Origin: Eledone cirrhosa
Taxonomy: Eukaryota
Direction: 5' to 3'
Length of the DNA stretch: 64,000 nucleotides
NCBI GenBank assembly: GCA_964016885.1
Contig: OZ024755.1
Location: forward strand, 6,014,001 to 6,078,000
Shown: in pieces, positions 57,865-64,000 of the stretch
How the letters are laid out: each line of letters starts with the position of its first letter
How positions within the stretch are numbered: the first letter of the stretch is position 1
Position numbers and translations under genes: made by a program
Notes under the pieces: generated by a model
The model's database searches: none
What the model saw: the letters and a program-made list of their open reading frames with translations, nothing else
Told to the model about the DNA's origin: nothing

Positions 57865-58065
57865 CATTGATTGTAGTCTATATAAAGAAATACATGATAT
57901 ATAGGTATATACACATGGGAATTACTATTTACTTTAGTATATAATTTTATGTATAAATATTACATCTCTTTATACACACACACACAAAATTACCACATAT
58001 ACATACGTAAACACACATACACATAGATATACACATCGTACATATATAAACATGAATATACATGC

Positions 58066-58145
<80 letters not shown>

Positions 58146-58530
58146 ACACACATATATATATATATATGCATGTATAATAACGTCTAATATCTAGACGCTG
58201 TTACATACTTTGAATTAATTTTATATTATCACTCTTACAGGCACACAGACACTCAGACATACATATGTATATACAGACCCATACACACATAGACACACGC
58301 AAACACACACACATATATATATATATATATAGACATACACACTCATATATATACAGACACATACACATACATATATATATATATACAGACACACATACAT
58401 ATATATATATACAGACACATACAAATATACATATATATATAGAGAGAGAGACACATACCCGACACATATATATATACAGACACATACAAACAAATATACA
58501 TACATATATATAGACACATACCCGACACAC

Positions 58531-58561
<31 letters not shown>

Positions 58562-58572
58562 GACAAACAAAT

Positions 58573-58663
<91 letters not shown>

Positions 58664-59041
58664 CAGACATACACACAAATATATATACACAGACACATTC
58701 ACACAAATATATATACACAGACACATTCACACACATATATATACACAGACACATTCATACAAATATATATATATATATAGAGGTATGAATTCCTAGGTTG
58801 ATATAAGGGCATGTAGTTTGGTTAAGTATGAGTCTGGAGGTGTTTTAATTCATTAGTGATGTCTTCAGAAAATTAATTAGATTCCTTGAACTTCTGTTAC
58901 GTAATACAGAGTCTGGGGTGAGTGTGGGGCACTTACATATGCATACGTACACACACGCATACATAGTTATACACATATACATATATACATAGATATACAC
59001 GTACATACATAAATACGTAGACACATACATACATACATACA

Positions 59042-59073
<32 letters not shown>

Positions 59074-59149
59074 CTCGTACATACATATATGCGTAGATAC
59101 ATACATACATACATAGATATACTCGTACATACATATATGCGTAGACACA

Positions 59150-59181
<32 letters not shown>

Positions 59182-59292
59182 CACGTACATACATATATAC
59201 GTGGACACATACATACATAAATACATACATATACACGTACATACATAGATATACATGTACATACATATATGCAGACATAGATATACACGTAT

Positions 59293-59340
<48 letters not shown>

Positions 59341-59341
<1 letters not shown>

Positions 59342-59745
59342 TGGTGGTTGCCAACTCGTTTTCGAGTACGGCCACTACTTTATATCCATGTAGCAGAACC
59401 CCAACCGATGCGCTGAACGAGTGTGACTTTTTAGTCCAGCCAGCGACTTGAAAACTCTGGTACAAACACTACACTTGTGACAATTACTGACACATAGTGC
59501 TGGGCCCATGGTACCATGTGACGACAAGTGCAGAGAGATCTCCAGATATAAAGCAATGCCTGTGCCGTGAAGCTTTTATAGTGAGCAAAGGCACTGCACA
59601 AAGCCAGTCCCACTCTCTTAACCAAGATGATATTTACCAAAAAGAAGAACAAGTCAACATCATTGGATACCATCAGGGTTGCAGGTGTTATATCAGAGTT
59701 TTCCTTCTCCTAGAATTCTGCCTTGACAAAGGCTAAGGGGTCATA
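59341..59745 (-). mobile_element. Non-autonomous RTE-derived element, subfamily 1
   Basis: Reverse complement of 11777-12203. The same spurious 79-aa ORF appears in both. Confidence 0.8.
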
Positions 59746-59777
59746 CATAGATATACATATACAGACATATATACGTC

Positions 59778-60078
59778 TCAGTCTTAGATTCTTCCGCGCC
59801 GTTCGGCGCATGGAGCAGTAGGTACTCGCCAACGGTCACGATCTGCGGCAACTCTTTCGAGACCGTGTCAGGTGATGTTGGCTGCAATCAGGTCCTTCCG
59901 GAACATTCGTCGCCAGGTGATCATTGGGCAACCCCGCCTCCGTTTACCGCCAGGCGGAGTCCAGTTCATCGCTGTTTTCGAATGCCGTTCATTTGACAGA
60001 CGCAGAATATGGTGGCTAGCCAGACGGCATCGACGCTCCGTGACCACTCTCTGTAGCATCCACGACTCGGATCTCCGA
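59778..60078 (-). mobile_element. RTE-clade LINE 3' fragment
   Basis: LQRVVTERRCRLASHHILRLSNERHSKTAMNWTPPGGKRRRGCPMITWRRMFRKDL, ending ...gaatctaagactga. Confidence 0.82.
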
Positions 60079-60135
60079 GTTCTGCCTTGACAAAGGCTAA
60101 GGGGTCATACATACATACATACATACATACATACA

Positions 60136-60167
<32 letters not shown>

Positions 60168-61424
60168 CACGTACATGTGCATGTGTGAGAAATTTTGTAT
60201 GTGTATTTATATGCAAATACCAAATTTCTCACACATGCACACACACATAAATCCACATATATACACTCATATATTGAAATGCCATCAAATACATACACAT
60301 AAGCACACACACACACACACACATATATATATGTAGTGATGTTAAGATAGAGATCTAGAGGGCGATAGAGAGAAAGAAACATATATAGATGGAGGAAATA
60401 TGTAACTGATATGTGGAGAGAAGAAAAGGAGAAAGAGAGTGAAAGATATATACTGTATATATATACATATATATATGTGTGTGTATGTATGTATGTATGT
60501 ATGTATGTATGTATGTATGTATGTATGTATGTATGTATGTATGTATGTTCAGAGAGAGAGAGCGAGATTGATAGATCGATAGAGAGAGAGAGAAAAAAAG
60601 AAAGAAATAGAGAGAAATATAAAGAGAATTCGATGGACATGCATCGAACTCTTTGTTGCAGATTTCTAAAGTAACTCTTTAGATGTGTCATATTTGTCTG
60701 CCTCCAATCACACTATTGGTATTGAGAAGTTGAACAACCAGTTCAACTAATTAACCATGAAACTAACTATTTCACTAACTAACTGACTAACTCACTAACT
60801 AAATCAACAAATAAACAAATAAACAACAAAATAACAAAATATATTCTAGTTAATAATTGGTAATTATTTAAAAGATCGCGAGACAAGAGTATTTAGTGGT
60901 TATAATTCATTTAAAATCTTTATTAAACATTTACGTATTGAGAGTGTATGATAGCGTCAGCTAAGTTTTTCTACTGATCATACATACATGGGCATTAATT
61001 GAATTAAGACTTTCTCTGTACAGCTTCAACCACGTTAATAAACCTGAAATTTCTCACCTGCACACTTGCACTCTACTGCAGCCTCATGATACAATACATA
61101 TATAAGAAGGTATAACAATGTAGCATGATTAAATACCAAGGTGTGTTGACAGAGAAGGATATACGTAACGAACTACCGTGGAAGGTTGGTATAATATACT
61201 AGCACGTGTGTAAAGGTAGAAACATTATATATAAGCTAGAAATATTTCCATAGCAAAGTTGATGTTTTCATGCTTCATATGGAATCAAGAGAAAATAAGC
61301 TTTAGTTGGCATGACAACTGATATTCTGCAGTTGACATGTGACTGACATTAAAATCACTAAATCAGTTACACTTATGTGTGATATAAAATGTGTTTAGAC
61401 TAATTGATACAACACCTATTAGTG

Positions 61425-61478
<54 letters not shown>

Positions 61479-61637
61479 CACTAATTGCCTCAGCTGCGTT
61501 TGTCTGTTTCTCTCTTACTGCTTCCCCGCTCTCTCTGTTTCTCTCACCTATATATATATATACACAAATATATATATATATATATATATATACACAAATA
61601 TATATATATATATACACAAATATATATATATATATAC

Positions 61638-61668
<31 letters not shown>

Positions 61669-61853
61669 CAAATATATATATATATACAAATATATATACA
61701 AATATATATATATATATACAAATATATATATATATATATATACAAATATATATATATATATACAAATATATATACAAATATATATATATACAAATATATA
61801 TACAAATATATATATATATATATATACAAATATATATGTATATATATACATAT

Positions 61854-61900
<47 letters not shown>

Positions 61901-62499
61901 AATATATATATATATATACAAATATATATATATATATACAAATATATATATATATATATATAATTTAGAAGGGAGAAGGTGCTGCGTGGTTATTAAAAAC
62001 GAGTGTTTAGAAATATAAGGAAAATACAAACAAAGCACTGATCCCCTCATCAGTTATCTGCTGTGGGTCTCGGACGTTTGACATAACAGCATATTTCATT
62101 TCAAATAATTTGCTTCTACTATAAATAAAAGCATGAATACCATACTATCCTGTTTATCTGTGGATACATATGCAGCTATTTACGTAGATATGTGAAACTA
62201 ATATCTTTCGGAAAGCCATGAATATCATATACGTAGTTCCAGCACAACTATTAAGACTAACTAGGAAGCCGCCTTCTGCGAAGACCTCAGAGAGGTGAAT
62301 TACTGAACCTGCGATCAATAAATATATAAATCACTAAAAATCATCGATGTGAAGCGGTGATGTGGAAATATATAGGACGGTGGAGATTGAAGTAAGTTAT
62401 TATAAACTGTAGCATAATCTAGAGTGGGTGAGGGGAGACTTTTAGAAAAAAATGCTGGTTTAGTAATTTGTTTAGTGTGGTCATAGTAAGAAGTGTCAA

Positions 62500-62772
62500 A
62501 ATGTAGGTTTGCAAGTTTGGATATGTGATTAGAATGTCTCAGGAAAGAATCGCTGGACAGAATTTACGGGCAAAACCAACCGTCAAGAGACCCAAGAGCG
62601 GACCTCAACAAGATAGTTGGATAACATCCATGAACTTGGCTGGTGTCGTTTGGAGATCCAGCCAGATCAGTTGGAGACGGTTGCTTCGGACATGACCCAC
62701 TGGAAGGAGTGTTTGAAGACTCTATACCCATGACCCTCTCAGGAATAAGTGGGCAAAGAAGAAAAAGAAGAT
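62500..62772 (+). mobile_element. RTE-clade LINE 3' fragment (Expander/Rex3-like end), decayed
   Basis: YVIRMSQERIAGQNLRAKPTVKRPKSGP/..LDNIHELGWCRLEIQPDQLETVASDMTHWKECLKTL, with a frameshift, stops and a (GAA)-rich tail. Confidence 0.7.
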
Positions 62773-63079
62773 GGTCGACTTATCCATTTCTCTCGGTTAT
62801 TCTCCTTCTCTGGAAGAAATCAGCTGCTTTACAACCTGGGGAGGGATGGGCTCCGCTTGTCTTAAAATGCATAAGACACCACGTGTGTCAAAAAGGCGTC
62901 CATTACAACTCTACCAGAAGTAAAGGACTTCCCTTCCTTCTATCCAATCCAAATTGATATTCCAATAAACTCAAATCTATAAAAGCCATTTATTGGGTAC
63001 TTATATTTGACATGAAATCTAAAGCATATTGAACCCAATTCAAAACTGAACCGTACTGTAACAATAATTTCTACTTAAC

Positions 63080-63138
<59 letters not shown>

Positions 63139-63277
63139 TGGAACGGTCGCTAGAAAGGGGTGAAAATGGTGAGAGAAAGATCTGTAAAGGTGAGGATGGT
63201 GAGGGTGAGGGAGAAAAATTAGAGTGTAGATATGAACATAATCTATTATCCAAAATCAATATATTGTAATTTCTGAA

Positions 63278-63341
<64 letters not shown>

Positions 63342-63778
63342 TATAACGGTTTTATTTCTTTTATATTGTTTTTTTCCCTATTATTAATATTTCCGTTCCT
63401 CTATCAGCGCCCCAAGTTTGATTGGTTGTTGTTTTATTTTAAATTTATTTTCATATTTTTTAAAATCTTTTCTGAAATATATTAAAAGTACCTGATGATA
63501 ATGATGATGATGATGGTGGTGGTGGTGATGAGGATGATGATGAATGAACAAATGAGTTGAACTAACAATGAAAATAATAATATTAATAATAATAATAAAA
63601 ACAACGCTTTACTGAGAGAAATACATACATACACATCCATATGTATGCATGTATATATATATATATATATATTATATATACATATGTACATACATATATG
63701 TATATATATGATATTTATACATATATATATATATGTAATATATGTATATATCTATATATATATAAAATAAATATAAAG

Positions 63779-63813
<35 letters not shown>

Positions 63814-64000
63814 ACGATGTAGGGTGAAACAATTCTCTCTATCCCGGATATACATTTTTCGAAACACAATGGTAAAGAACAACAGAAATAAAAATAATAA
63901 TAACAATAACAACAACAACAATTTCATATGTTACAAGGGCATCGAATAAAGAGATCGTTATAAGAGGAAGTAGATGATGATAATGTTGATGATGATGATG

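Overview
Eukaryotic, very AT-rich and repeat-saturated DNA. The repeat families (tRNA-headed SINEs, RTE/CR1/CRE LINE fragments, long (TA)n tracts) suggest an octopod cephalopod, which is an inference. Almost all ORFs in the track are microsatellite artefacts. The only host gene found is a minus-strand tetraspanin with three spliced exons (20518-20425, 5180-5030, 669-586). They encode the 6-Cys large extracellular loop (CCG, PDSCC, C, GC) and the start of TM4. The middle exon carries a frameshift, and no upstream coding exon was confidently found. The surrounding DNA holds several hammerhead-ribozyme (HHR) motifs typical of Penelope-like elements. It also holds a family of (TA)n-embedded palindromes that look like the 3' half of a hammerhead folded back at stem II. 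Other content includes MITEs, minisatellites (a 5x23-bp higher-order repeat and a G4-type 29-mer) and a 200-N gap next to a duplicated segment. Repeat boundaries are approximate and were read by eye.
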